From the NCBI RefSeq assembly GCF_006345805.1, contig NW_021825253.1:1-16206 (forward strand): 16,206 nt of DNA, in the 5' to 3' direction. The notes under the pieces are model-generated. The model was given only the letters and a program-made list of their open reading frames with translations. It made no database searches and had not been told where the DNA came from. Made by a program: the position numbers and the translations under genes. Shown here in pieces: positions 1 through 10,982 of the stretch. This DNA comes from Octopus sinensis. Lineage: Eukaryota. Within the stretch, counting starts at the first letter, position 1. Each line of letters begins with the position of its first letter.

Positions 1-13
1 CAGCTGCTCTGCA

Positions 14-60
14 GATGATGATGAGGATGATGATGATGGTGGTGTTGGTGGTGGTGGTGG

Positions 61-115
<55 letters not shown>

Positions 116-240
116 GATGATGGTGATGATGGTGATGATGGTGATGATGAGGATGAGGATGAAGACGACGACGACGACGACGATGACAATGACAACGATG
201 ATGATAGCGATGATGATGGCGGTAATGATGATGGTGATGG
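14..240. repeat. Degenerate (GAT)n/(GGT)n/(GAC)n trinucleotide microsatellite
   Basis: Direct reading; accounts for the poly-Met ORF 15..254. Confidence 0.97.
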
Positions 241-1015
241 TCTCCTTATTTTAGTGGCAATCAAAGAATAGGAGCCAAATGACCATGGTGTAGTAAAGTA
301 CCTAGGGTAGGGTACTTTATTTTTATTGTGAGTGTGTATGTGTGCCTCTTTCTGTGTGTGTGTTTGTGTGTGTTTGTGTGTGCATATACACGTACTTATG
401 CCTGTAAGAATTTACTTATGTATGTAAAAATGTGTATGTATGTATTTATGAATACGTGTGTATACATGTATGTATAAACATTAAGCGTTAGTAGGTTCAC
501 AGAAGCGAGAAAGAACTTTTCGGTAATTAGAAGTGTGAAGAATATTTATATAGATCCAAGCTAATGCTTCATTTGGAGCTTTCAGTTCAGTGCGAGACCT
601 GTCAAACATCCTGCGGAGTTAACGATCAAAGACTTCAGCATCAAACAAGTGTGTGCTGTGCGGGTGTGTGTAAGAGCGTGTTATTGTCAAATCCACGCCA
701 TTGGATGATTAATTAAAGATATCTGCGTGTCTAAACAAGGAACATGTGGTTTTGTCTACACCGAACTCAAATTAAGACCCAGCTAGTCATATCGTGGTCC
801 TCTGATTCGCCAGGGCTACCTATACGCTATGATATTTCACTTAATAATTATATACAGGGGGTGGGGTATTCTTTCCTGTGTGAAGCGAGTACTTGTACAT
901 CATTACACACACATAATTATTTATTTATTTATTTATTTATTTATATATCTATTTATTTATGTATGTATATATTATATATACACACACACATATATATATA
1001 TACATATATAATACA

Positions 1016-1072
1016 TCGGTGCCCCAGCATGGCCACAGCTCATAAGCTGAAACTAGAATCAATCAATCAATC
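1016..1072 (+). mobile_element. Extremely 5'-truncated retroposon 3' end (stem-loop plus (AATC)n tail), related to the SINE A tail
   Basis: tcggtgccccagcatggccacagctcataagctgaaact followed by (aatc)n; near-identical to 11888-11948 and homologous to the 3' end of SINE A; flanked by TA-rich repeats. Confidence 0.75.
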
Positions 1073-1091
1073 ATATATATATATGTATATA

Positions 1092-1490
1092 CTCTTTTAC
1101 TCTCTTTTACTCTTTTCCCTGTTTCAGTCATTTGACTGCGGCCATGCTGGAGCACCGCCTTTAGTCGAGCAAATCCACCCAGGACTTATTCTTTGTAAGC
1201 CTAGTACTTATTCTATTTGTCTCTTTTGCCGAACCGCAAAGTTACGGGGACGTAAACACACCAGCATCGGTTGTCAAGCGTGTTTGGGGGACAAACACAG
1301 ACACACAAACACACACACATTTATATACACATATATACGACGGGCTTCTTTCAGTTTCCGTCTACCAAATCCACTCACAAGGGTTTGGTCGGCTCGAGGC
1401 TATAGTAGAAGACACTTGCCCAAGGTGCCACGCAGTGGGACTGAACCCGGAACCATGTGGTTGGTAAGCAAGCTACTAACCACACAACCA
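1092..1490 (-). mobile_element. tRNA-derived SINE family A, near full length
   Basis: On the minus strand: A box TGGTTGTGTGG (1490-1480), B box GGTTCAGTCCC (1447-1437), ACCTTGGGCAAG motif, internal (TA/TG) microsatellite, 3' stem-loop CAGTC-AAAT-GACTG and (GAGTAAAA)-like tail. Homologous copies at 3095, 9860, 13325 and 15339/15887. Confidence 0.9.
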
Positions 1491-1513
1491 ATATGTGTAC
1501 ACACACACACACA

Positions 1514-2870
1514 CAGAAGGTGTTCGGGCTAAATTTACGAATTTTCCAAGTCTCCTTCTAACAGGAACGCTTCATGCATGTGTGAACAGTCAGCAGCGTT
1601 GGAGAACTTAAAGATTAAAGTTCTAAGTGAGAAAAAGTTACCTGACATGGAGGATTGGAAGCCATTTAAATATTGGAAAAGAGTTACCTGTACCGTGATG
1701 ATTCGCGCCAGGTATCCACATGCCTACGTCATGGCCGCTGTTCAATGTTCTGTGGACACAAAAGTTTGTAAGACTTGATATGGTATCATGAAAACCAAGT
1801 TCTCCAAAACTATGATGGTCTTTGTGTGTGTCTCCAGTAAAGGTGACGTCATGTTGCTTTATATTTACTTGTTTCTTGCCTACAGGGGGCTAAACATAGA
1901 GGGGACACACAAGGACAGACATAGGGATTAAGTCGATTATATCGACCCCAGTGCGTGACTAGTATTTATTTAATCAACCCCGAAAGGATGAAAGGCAAAG
2001 TCGACCTCGGCGGAATTTCAACTCAGAACGTAACAGCAGACGAAATACCTATTTCTTTATTACCCACAAGGGGCTAAACATAGAGGGAACAAACAAGGCC
2101 AGACATAGGTATTAAGTCGATTACATCGACCCCAGTGCGCAACTGGTACTTAATTTATCGACTCCGAAAGGATGAAAAGCAAAGTCGATCTCGGAGGGAT
2201 TTGAACTCAGAACGTAACGGCAGACGAAATACCGCTGAGCATTTCGGCCGGTGTGCTAACGATTCTGCCACTTTGCCACCCTTATGCTGCGTCATATTTT
2301 TGAAGAGGGTCTTAGGCCCAATTCAAACGGCTATGTCAAGCTGTTGGAAATTGTGGTCCAAACCCTCGCTGGAGAGGGTTGCTGCTGGAAGGCCATATGT
2401 GAGACATCAGGATTCTTTGCCATACCTCCGGAAAGAGTCAAAAATGGTTGTCGGAGAATTTATACAACCTCACTACACCAATTTCTGGCCCCCTAACACC
2501 TCTAGTTATGATTTCCCTGATTGTTATCCCATAGAACTGAGCCCCAGATATAGATTACGATATCTCGGGGCCCAGCTGAAAACGAACAAATCGCACCGCT
2601 TGCGACAGCAAGACTGAGCTGGTAGCCAAGATCAAGGGGGTGTTTGAAGATCTTCTCAAAACACAGTAAGAAACACATGCACCGGATTCTGGAGTCTGTA
2701 GTCGTCTTCAGGTCGTGTGAAAGATGAGGGCGGCTGCTTTGAGTAACCTGTTATCTCCCAGCCGTTAGCTAATGAATATTTTTAAAACGTTTTACGTACT
2801 TTTATTTTTGAAGAGGATATTGTTTTCATTTCTTTATCTGCAAAATATCAAATCTAGACCATACACCCTG
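1514..2870 (+). mobile_element. Decayed, internally deleted Tc1/mariner DNA transposon (maT/DD37D-like), interrupted by a SINE dimer
   Basis: Imperfect TIRs: cagaaggtgttcgggctaaattt at 1514 versus the right end read on the minus strand, cagggtgtatggtctagattt, ending at 2870 and followed by TA. Frameshifted transposase pieces: MKTKFSKTMMVFVCVSSKGDVM, HIFEEGLRPNSNGYVKLLEIVV, KPSLERVAAGRPYVRHQDS, HTSGKSQKWLSENLY, NFWPPN..PDCYPI, TNRTACDSKTELVAKIKGVFEDL, DEGGCFE*. Reconstructed QD-to-D spacing is about 37 aa. Confidence 0.88.
1867..2283 (-). mobile_element. tRNA-derived SINE family B, head-to-tail dimer
   Basis: Minus strand: A-box-like TGGCAGAATCGTTAG (2270-2256), B box GAGTTCAAATCCC (2208-2196), core GTCGACTTTGCCTTTCATCCTTTCGGGGT. 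The second unit starts mid-head at about 2053. Flanked by a 13/16 duplication at 1851-1866 and 2284-2299. Confidence 0.88.
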
Positions 2871-2902
2871 TATATTTATAAATACAAGGTGTACAGACAA
2901 TA

Positions 2903-3100
2903 AGTGTGAGTGTGTGTGTGTGTGTGTATGTGTGTGTATGAGTATGTGTAAGTGCGTGTGTGTGTCTGTATGTGTGTGTGTGGGTGTCTGCGTGTCTACG
3001 TGCATGTGTTTGTGTCTGCGTATGTGCGTGCATGTGTGTGTATGTGTTTCTGAGTATGTGTGTGTGTGCGCGCACTTGTGTGTATTTGCGTGTGTTTGTG
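2903..3100. repeat. Degenerate (TG)n microsatellite
   Basis: Direct reading; source of the CV/HT-rich ORFs. Confidence 0.95.
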
Positions 3101-3316
3101 TGTTTGTCCCCCACACACACACACACACCACTTCTTGATAACCGATGTCGGTGTGTTTACGTCCCTGTAACGTAAGCGATTCAGCAGAAGACAGAATAAA
3201 TACCAAGCTTTAAAACAAGCAAGCCCTGGTGGGGTGGGGTCCATCCATTCGACTAAAATTCTTGAAGGTGGTGCCCCAGCATGGCCGTAGTCTAATGACT
3301 ACAACACGCAAAAGAA
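3095..3316 (+). mobile_element. SINE family A, 3' half (diverged)
   Basis: tgtgtttgtcccc..ttgataaccgatgtcggtgtgtttacgtccctgtaac..cgactaaa..ggtggtgccccagcatggccgtagtctaatgactac aligns with the reverse complement of 1120-1300. Confidence 0.85.
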
Positions 3317-3395
3317 TGACACAGGTTATCAGTTCCCAAATTGTGTGTTTCTTCTTGTTCGCGTTTTTCGCCCCTCTTCATTGTTTTTGAATGAT

Positions 3396-3690
3396 GGCTT
3401 GTGGCTCAGTGGTTAAGCAATTCGGCTCGCGTTCGTGAGGTCGTGAGTTCCATTCCCGACGGCGCGTTGGGACACTTTATTTCACGTTCGTCTAGTAGAG
3501 CTCCCTGACAAAAATAAAATAAAATAAAATAAAAAGGGGCCAGCATTGTCATATGCTTTATCACGCGGAATCTCCCCGAGAACTAAGTTAAGAGTACGCG
3601 TGCTTGTGGAGTACTCAGCCACGTTCACGTTAATTTCACGAGCTGGCTTTTTTCTGTCGTCGTAAACGACGGAGAACCAGTTATCGTTCT
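3396..3690 (+). mobile_element. tRNA-derived SINE family C (diverged copy)
   Basis: A box TGGCTCAGTGG (3402-3412) and B box GAGTTCCATTCCC (3445-3457); body aligns with 14737-15040 (gacactttatttcacgtt, gagaacta.gttaagagtac.cgtg, cacgttaatttcacgagc). Confidence 0.85.
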
Positions 3691-3700
3691 TCTTTTTATG

Positions 3701-3732
<32 letters not shown>

Positions 3733-3844
3733 GGTGGTGTACTCTTCCTCTTTGAAAAATAATTTATACCACCAGATGGCAACAGCCATCATAACGTGAT
3801 TCTGCAAACAGACAACATTCTATTCGATTTCTCTCAAAATTTCG

Positions 3845-4105
3845 TTCTTTCTCTCTTTCTCTCTCTGACACTCTCACTCTCCTCTCTCTTTTACACTTTT
3901 TCTCTCTCCTCCTCTCCCTTTTACTCTTTCTTCCTCTTTCTCTCTTCTCTCTAGCTGATCCTCTTTCTCTTTCTTCCCTCTGGCATATCACCCTATCTCT
4001 CTTTCCTCTATCTCTCTCTTCCTTCTCTCTTATATGCTTCTTCTCTTCCTCTTCCTTCTCTCCTATATGCTTTCTCTCTCTCTCTCCATCCCTCTTTCTG
4101 TTTAT
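3845..4105. repeat. Polypyrimidine (CT/CTT)-rich low-complexity tract
   Basis: Direct reading; source of the ERE/K-rich minus-strand ORF. Confidence 0.9.
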
Positions 4106-4317
4106 CATTTTTAAGAATTGCGTGAAATACCAGTCTCCCCTCCATCAACTTTATACACACAAAAGCCAGTAAATTATCTTTCTGTGCACATATTTCATCA
4201 TACGCACACACATACACTTTCATAATTACATACATGTATACGCATATGAGTGCGTGTGTCCATGCATGTATACTCTTACAGACAGAAAGAATGTATAAAG
4301 ATATAGACAAGCAGACT

Positions 4318-4348
4318 GGCAGACAGACAGACAGACAGACAGACATAC

Positions 4349-4408
<60 letters not shown>
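4318..4408. repeat. (GACA)n-(GATA)n compound microsatellite
   Basis: Direct reading. Confidence 0.97.
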
Positions 4409-4602
4409 GGAATGATGAATGTATAAAACTTACTTTGAAAAGGATGCGTGGCGTTCGATCATATAATATTATAAATAATATTTAAAATATATGCATATAT
4501 ACATACATATATGTACATACCTACTTATATATGTATGTATATATATTATATATAGATATGTATAGGTATCTACATGTATGTATGTATGGCATATATATAT
4601 AT

Positions 4603-4644
<42 letters not shown>

Positions 4645-5041
4645 TATAATAAAAACACCCACGCGCACACAGAAAGTAATTTGGAATGCTGGGTGGGGAT
4701 CGCCGTCCGTATGGCCATCCCAGTATCCTAAGCTAATAATACACTTAAATAAAAAAAAAACGCACCCTCTGCAAAACTCGATGTTGAAAGCCTAGCAAGG
4801 AGCCATTATCTCAAACACATCTGTCTTATGTCAAAATGATGATGACCACATGTAGAGAGTTCGATAGATTAGATACGGAAGAGATGATATTGTAGCATTG
4901 GTAAAGGGGATGGTGGCGATGGTGTCTTCACAATTCTTAAACATAATCTCGTATTTTGCTTTCTGTTACTGCAGGAGTGTCAGACTCGTTTAACTGTGTG
5001 GGCCAGGTTGAAAAATAAAAAGGCTGGATAGAAACAATTCA

Positions 5042-5383
5042 ATACATACATACTACATACATACATACATACATACATGCATACATACATGCATACATAC
5101 ATGCATACATACATGCATACATACACACACACGCATATATATATACATATATATATGTAAATGTCGAACAATAAAAATGAGTGCACAACACATATATATA
5201 CATATACATACATACATGCATGCATACACATGTATATGTATATAGTCTATATACATATATGTATATAAACATATTATAGAATAATATGTGTGTGTGTATG
5301 TATATTGTACCATATATATTGTGTATGTATATATATATATTATAGATCCATATTATATATATGTATGTGTGTGTGTGTGTGTG

Positions 5384-5431
<48 letters not shown>
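5042..5431. repeat. (CATA)n, (TA)n, (TG)n compound microsatellite region
   Basis: Direct reading. Confidence 0.93.
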
Positions 5432-5454
5432 TTGATAAAAATGGTGACAACAAG

Positions 5455-5633
5455 GGGAGGAGTTAAGTTGACTACATCGACCCAAGTACTCAACTGGTAC
5501 TTATTTCATCACCCCCGAAAGTACGAAAAGCAAGGTCGACTTCGGCTGAAATTGAACTCAGAACGTCAAAACTGGCGAAATGTCATTAAACATTTTGCTT
5601 GATGTGCAAACGATTCTTCCTGCTCTCCGCCTT
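5455..5633 (-). mobile_element. SINE family B, head plus core (diverged)
   Basis: catcgaccc..actggtacttattt..ccccgaaag..aaggtcgacttcgg..ttgaactcagaacg..aacgattct aligns with 2115-2280. Confidence 0.82.
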
Positions 5634-5636
5634 AAT

Positions 5637-5754
5637 AATCCTTTCTGCTAAGGACACAAGATCTGAAATTTGAGGGAAGGGGACTAGTCGTTTTACATCG
5701 ACCCCAATATTTCACTGGTGATTAATTTATTGACTCCGAAAGGATGAAAGGCAA
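5637..5754 (-). mobile_element. SINE family B, 3' part (tail variant 2)
   Basis: cacaagatctgaaatttgaggg..tacatcgacccc..actccgaaaggatgaaaggcaaa; tail matches 7855-7900. Confidence 0.8.
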
Positions 5755-5758
5755 AATA

Positions 5759-5836
<78 letters not shown>
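5755..5836. repeat. (TAA)n microsatellite (left flank of the Dong-like LINE)
   Basis: Direct reading. Confidence 0.97.
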
Positions 5837-7273
<1,437 letters not shown>

Positions 7274-7296
7274 TATGATGATATTAATAATATATC

Positions 7297-7695
7297 ATTA
7301 CATTGTTTTGTCTTGGTATAAATACAGCAAATATTCTGCTTAATACCACAGGTTTGCTTGTCAGTTGTTTGAGCTTAAATTGTTGCGCAAGTCCCTTAGT
7401 GGCTGACGATGTGTGCATCTCTGATCGTGAGTTGAAGAAGTGGGGGAGCATCATGGCCATGTGCTGAGAGGAATTATTTGGGGTTTGAATAACTCATCCC
7501 TGGAAACATGGGTGTTTCATTCAACATTCTTAAACAACCATTATTCAAGGTGTTTTGAGTGGCATGGGCTACTCGACCAGAAGAAAATTCTAACTGGGCC
7601 CCACCTGCAAGGTCATGCGCTGTTTATCTTGATATTTGATCACCATGTCACGCATATATGGTTGTGATGCATGTGCCTAGTGTACCCTTATCAGT
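7297..7695. repeat. Probable unclassified interspersed repeat fragment
   Basis: Higher-complexity, more GC-balanced block bounded by microsatellites with no convincing ORF. It resembles a repeat I recall from octopus sequence but cannot be verified here. Confidence 0.3.
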
Positions 7696-7700
7696 ACCTC

Positions 7701-7708
7701 AATAATAA

Positions 7709-7739
<31 letters not shown>

Positions 7740-7793
7740 ATGAACAACAACAACAACAACAACAACTACTACTACTACAACAACAACAACAAC

Positions 7794-7850
<57 letters not shown>
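7701..7850. repeat. Compound trinucleotide microsatellite (AAT)(GAA)(CAA)(TAC)(CAA)(TAA)
   Basis: Direct reading; the 3' end of the adjacent minus-strand SINE B runs into it. Confidence 0.97.
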
Positions 7851-7852
<2 letters not shown>

Positions 7853-8044
7853 TCGTTCTATTATAGGCACAAGGCCTGAAATTTGGGGAGGAGGATAGTT
7901 GATTACATTGACCCCCAGTGCGTAACTGGTATTTAATTTATCGACCCCGAAAGGATGAAAAGCAAAGTCGACCTCGGTAGCATTTGAACTCAGAACGTAA
8001 AGACGGACCAAATGCCGGTAAACATGTTCTGCCAGCTCACCACC
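7851..8044 (-). mobile_element. SINE family B (tail variant 2), near full length
   Basis: Plus-strand core atcgaccccgaaaggatgaaaagcaaagtcgacctcgg; minus-strand B box GAGTTCAAATGC; head end ctgccagctcaccacc. Confidence 0.85.
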
Positions 8045-8124
8045 ATAATGGTAATGATAATAATGAGTTCTAATTTAGAGAAACTAATGAATTTCTCGAT
8101 ATTCAAAGGTAAAAAATGCTGGGA

Positions 8125-8223
8125 ATTTTACCCGTGATTTGAACTCAGAATGTCAAAGAACCGAAATTAATACAGCAAAGTTTTTTACCCGACACTCTAT
8201 TGATGCTGCCAGTTGAACGCCCT
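8125..8223 (-). mobile_element. SINE family B head fragment (very diverged)
   Basis: gatttgaactcagaatg..cgaaat..gatgctgccag..cgcc aligns with the B head. Confidence 0.6.
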
Positions 8224-8244
8224 CGCAAAGACAGAGACACTTGT

Positions 8245-8910
8245 ATACACACGCACGTGCACGCACACACACACATATATGCGTGTGTGTGAATATATAT
8301 ATATATATACACAGACCCACACAGACATATGTATATATACATATGCACACACACAGCACACACACACACATACATATATATGCGTGTGTGTAAATGAATA
8401 TATATATACGCACACAGACATATGTATATACATATACATACACACACATCATATTTATATATGTTTGTGCGCGTGTGTATGTGTACGTATATGTGAGCGC
8501 ATATGTGTTCGTACGATTATAGATTGCAAGCGCTTGCTTAATTTATAATTAAGCCACAATATATGCACACACACACACACACAGCACACACACACACATA
8601 CATATATATGCGTGTGTGTAAATGAACATGTGTGTGTACGTGTGTGTGTAAGACTGTGTATGTGTGTCTCTGCGTGTATGTGTGTGTCTGTGCGTGCGTG
8701 TGTGTGTATAAAATATGTAAATGATATCGAAAGAGTCAAACATGCGCCCTCACACAAATGCTCAAACATACAAACAGACATACGCATGCATATACGCCAA
8801 CTCATTCACACTTACACACATTCATACACACACAAGCACATCCACGCATAAACACATACACAAACGTACATGTGCCCACGCTCACATACACTTACGCACA
8901 CAAGTACACA
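8245..8910. repeat. (CA/TG/TA) degenerate microsatellite region with internal block duplications
   Basis: The block atatgcacac..agcacacacacacacatacatatatatgcgtgtgtgtaaatgaa recurs at about 8341-8398 and 8561-8626. Confidence 0.85.
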
Positions 8911-9252
8911 CGAAGATAAATATGCTGACTGCTGGTCGTGCAGAAAAAGAACACACATACAAGACGAAACCCAATAAGATGGAACATTTCTTTAAATAAT
9001 GGAGAAACTCTAGCCTGGAGTTAAGTAAACAGTGAGTGTTAAGAAAACTAGATAAACAGACGACAGAAGCCGCCATGTTGTTTGCCGAAGAGAGAAAGGA
9101 AACGAAAGAATGAGAGAGAGTGGTGGGAGTGAGCTTTACGAATGAAAATCGTGGAGTCGTAAGTTGAGATTAAGTAAGTTAATTGCATATTGAAAAGAAG
9201 TAAAAATAAAATAAAATAAATGATATGTATACACACATATACACGTAAACGT

Positions 9253-9374
<122 letters not shown>

Positions 9375-9689
9375 GTGCATGTGTATATAAGGAGAGACGG
9401 GTTTCTTTTTAAATATACACTGAATGAAAGAAAAAAAATTCTTCAATCTGTTGTAGAATATCTAGAATATAATTATCAAATGTACTTGGTTGATGTCATT
9501 TCCACAAATTATTTTCTTACAAATGAAAATACGCGGAAACTCCATGAACGAACGCAAAAGGCTTCTTCAGCCGCGTAAATATGATTACATGCGCAGGATT
9601 ACACACAAGTACGAGCACACACACGCAAATACACACACATTCATGTGTATATATGTATTATGTATACATATAATGTATATACACACACA

Positions 9690-9730
<41 letters not shown>

Positions 9731-9859
9731 TATATTAATTATTCAATTTTTAGACGAAGTGGGATGACAGTTTCTTTGAAGTTTCGACCAGCTAGCGTCG
9801 TCAAACTGAGACAGTCGGGCGAAAGCTACTAGGCCGAAATTTCGAAGTAATTTACTCCT

Positions 9860-9908
9860 CAATCACATGGTTCCGAGTTTGGTTCCACTGCATGGCACCT
9901 TGGGCAAG
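9860..9908 (+). mobile_element. SINE family A head fragment
   Basis: caatcacatggttccgagtttggttccactgcatggcaccttgggcaag matches the reverse complement of about 1415-1463. Confidence 0.75.
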
Positions 9909-10225
9909 GCGTGATGGAGTGATGGACAAGGACTGATGGACGTCGATATTTCGCCATTTTTGTGGCCTGTCAACAACACATGCCCGAACAAAATGGGAGA
10001 TGAATCATATCGCAGGTCCACGACTTATATATATATATATATATATATAACGTGCAAATTATTTGCTAGCCTGGCCGGACAATGCATACAGAAGAATAAA
10101 ATGGCAAACAAATTATCGAGAAGACCATTACTATCCAACAAAATATTCAATCACTTTAAAACATGCTGTATATATATTATGTATATTACAAATGAGAGAA
10201 AATGGAATTCACGAGATTCTTTATT

Positions 10226-10344
10226 AACCACTACGATCGTTTCGACCCCTCTTGCATCGATCGCTTCGCAGGTGATATACTGTACAACAGGTTGTGGTAC
10301 ATACTATACCACAACCAGTTGTAGATGTGTCTCGCCAGGTGGCT
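10226..10344 (-). ncRNA. Type-I hammerhead ribozyme-like motif with extended stem II and one core substitution (Penelope-like element remnant)
   Basis: Minus strand: stem I agccac/gtggtt; CTGGCGA (A6 to G); stem II gac..gtc enclosing a long hairpin; GAAA; palindromic ACGATCGT; UA cleavage site; AATAAA immediately downstream. Confidence 0.6.
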
Positions 10345-10789
10345 TTTCAAAATGTACCTCGCTTAGTAACTCGGTTTCGCTTCGTTCTATTATAATGCAT
10401 GCCGTTATTTACCAGTAGCTGTTTGCCTTCTTAAGACACATGTGTCTTATTAAAAGAACAATGTTGTAGTGAAGCAGAGGGTCGGCAGGCGCTTTCTGTC
10501 TTCTCCCATTCTTATCATCTTGTATTATTATCATTCGCCTCATCAATGTCTTGTCCAGCCTGCAAAGCTACCTATATTTGTACTGCCTCTATGGAAAATG
10601 AAATGAATAAAAGTAGCTGTTTGCCTTCAGATTCTGTAATTTGGAATCACATGGGATGGATACTTTTTTAAATTTCCATATGCATTTAATGGGTCTTTTA
10701 TAAAGTATTGTAAATAAATCACAAATAATAGAAATATAAGAAAAATATTTTTTGCAGAGACACGCATACACAGATCCATGGTCTCTATT

Positions 10790-10797
10790 ACACACAC

Positions 10798-10847
<50 letters not shown>

Positions 10848-10912
10848 ATATATAATATATAATATATAATATATATAATATAATATATAATATAATAAAT
10901 ATAATATAATAT

Positions 10913-10965
<53 letters not shown>

Positions 10966-10980
10966 ATACATACATACATA
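10790..10980. repeat. (CA)n-(TA)n-(TG)n microsatellite
   Basis: Direct reading. Confidence 0.95.
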
Positions 10981-10982
10981 GA

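Noticed and set aside
588-716. Short Cys-rich reading (QCETCQTSCG..VCCAGVCK) after an acceptor-like tttcag
   Set aside because: Cys content is partly due to TG repeats; ends in a stop, no recognisable family, weak polypyrimidine tract.
744-1532. 262-aa ORF, the longest in the window
   Set aside because: Runs through microsatellites and an antisense SINE; no domain-like sequence.
3764-4108. ERE/K-rich ORF resembling a coiled-coil protein
   Set aside because: Translation of a (GA)-rich low-complexity tract.
4836-4890. ATGATGA box C-like motif (possible C/D snoRNA)
   Set aside because: No CTGA box D or terminal stem at a suitable distance.
7404-7440. CTGACGA hammerhead-core-like heptamer
   Set aside because: No stem II closure with GAAA and no stem I.
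9936-10418. 160-aa ORF with Cys/Thr-rich end
   Set aside because: Crosses (TA)n and the antisense of the hammerhead-bearing repeat; no homology signal.
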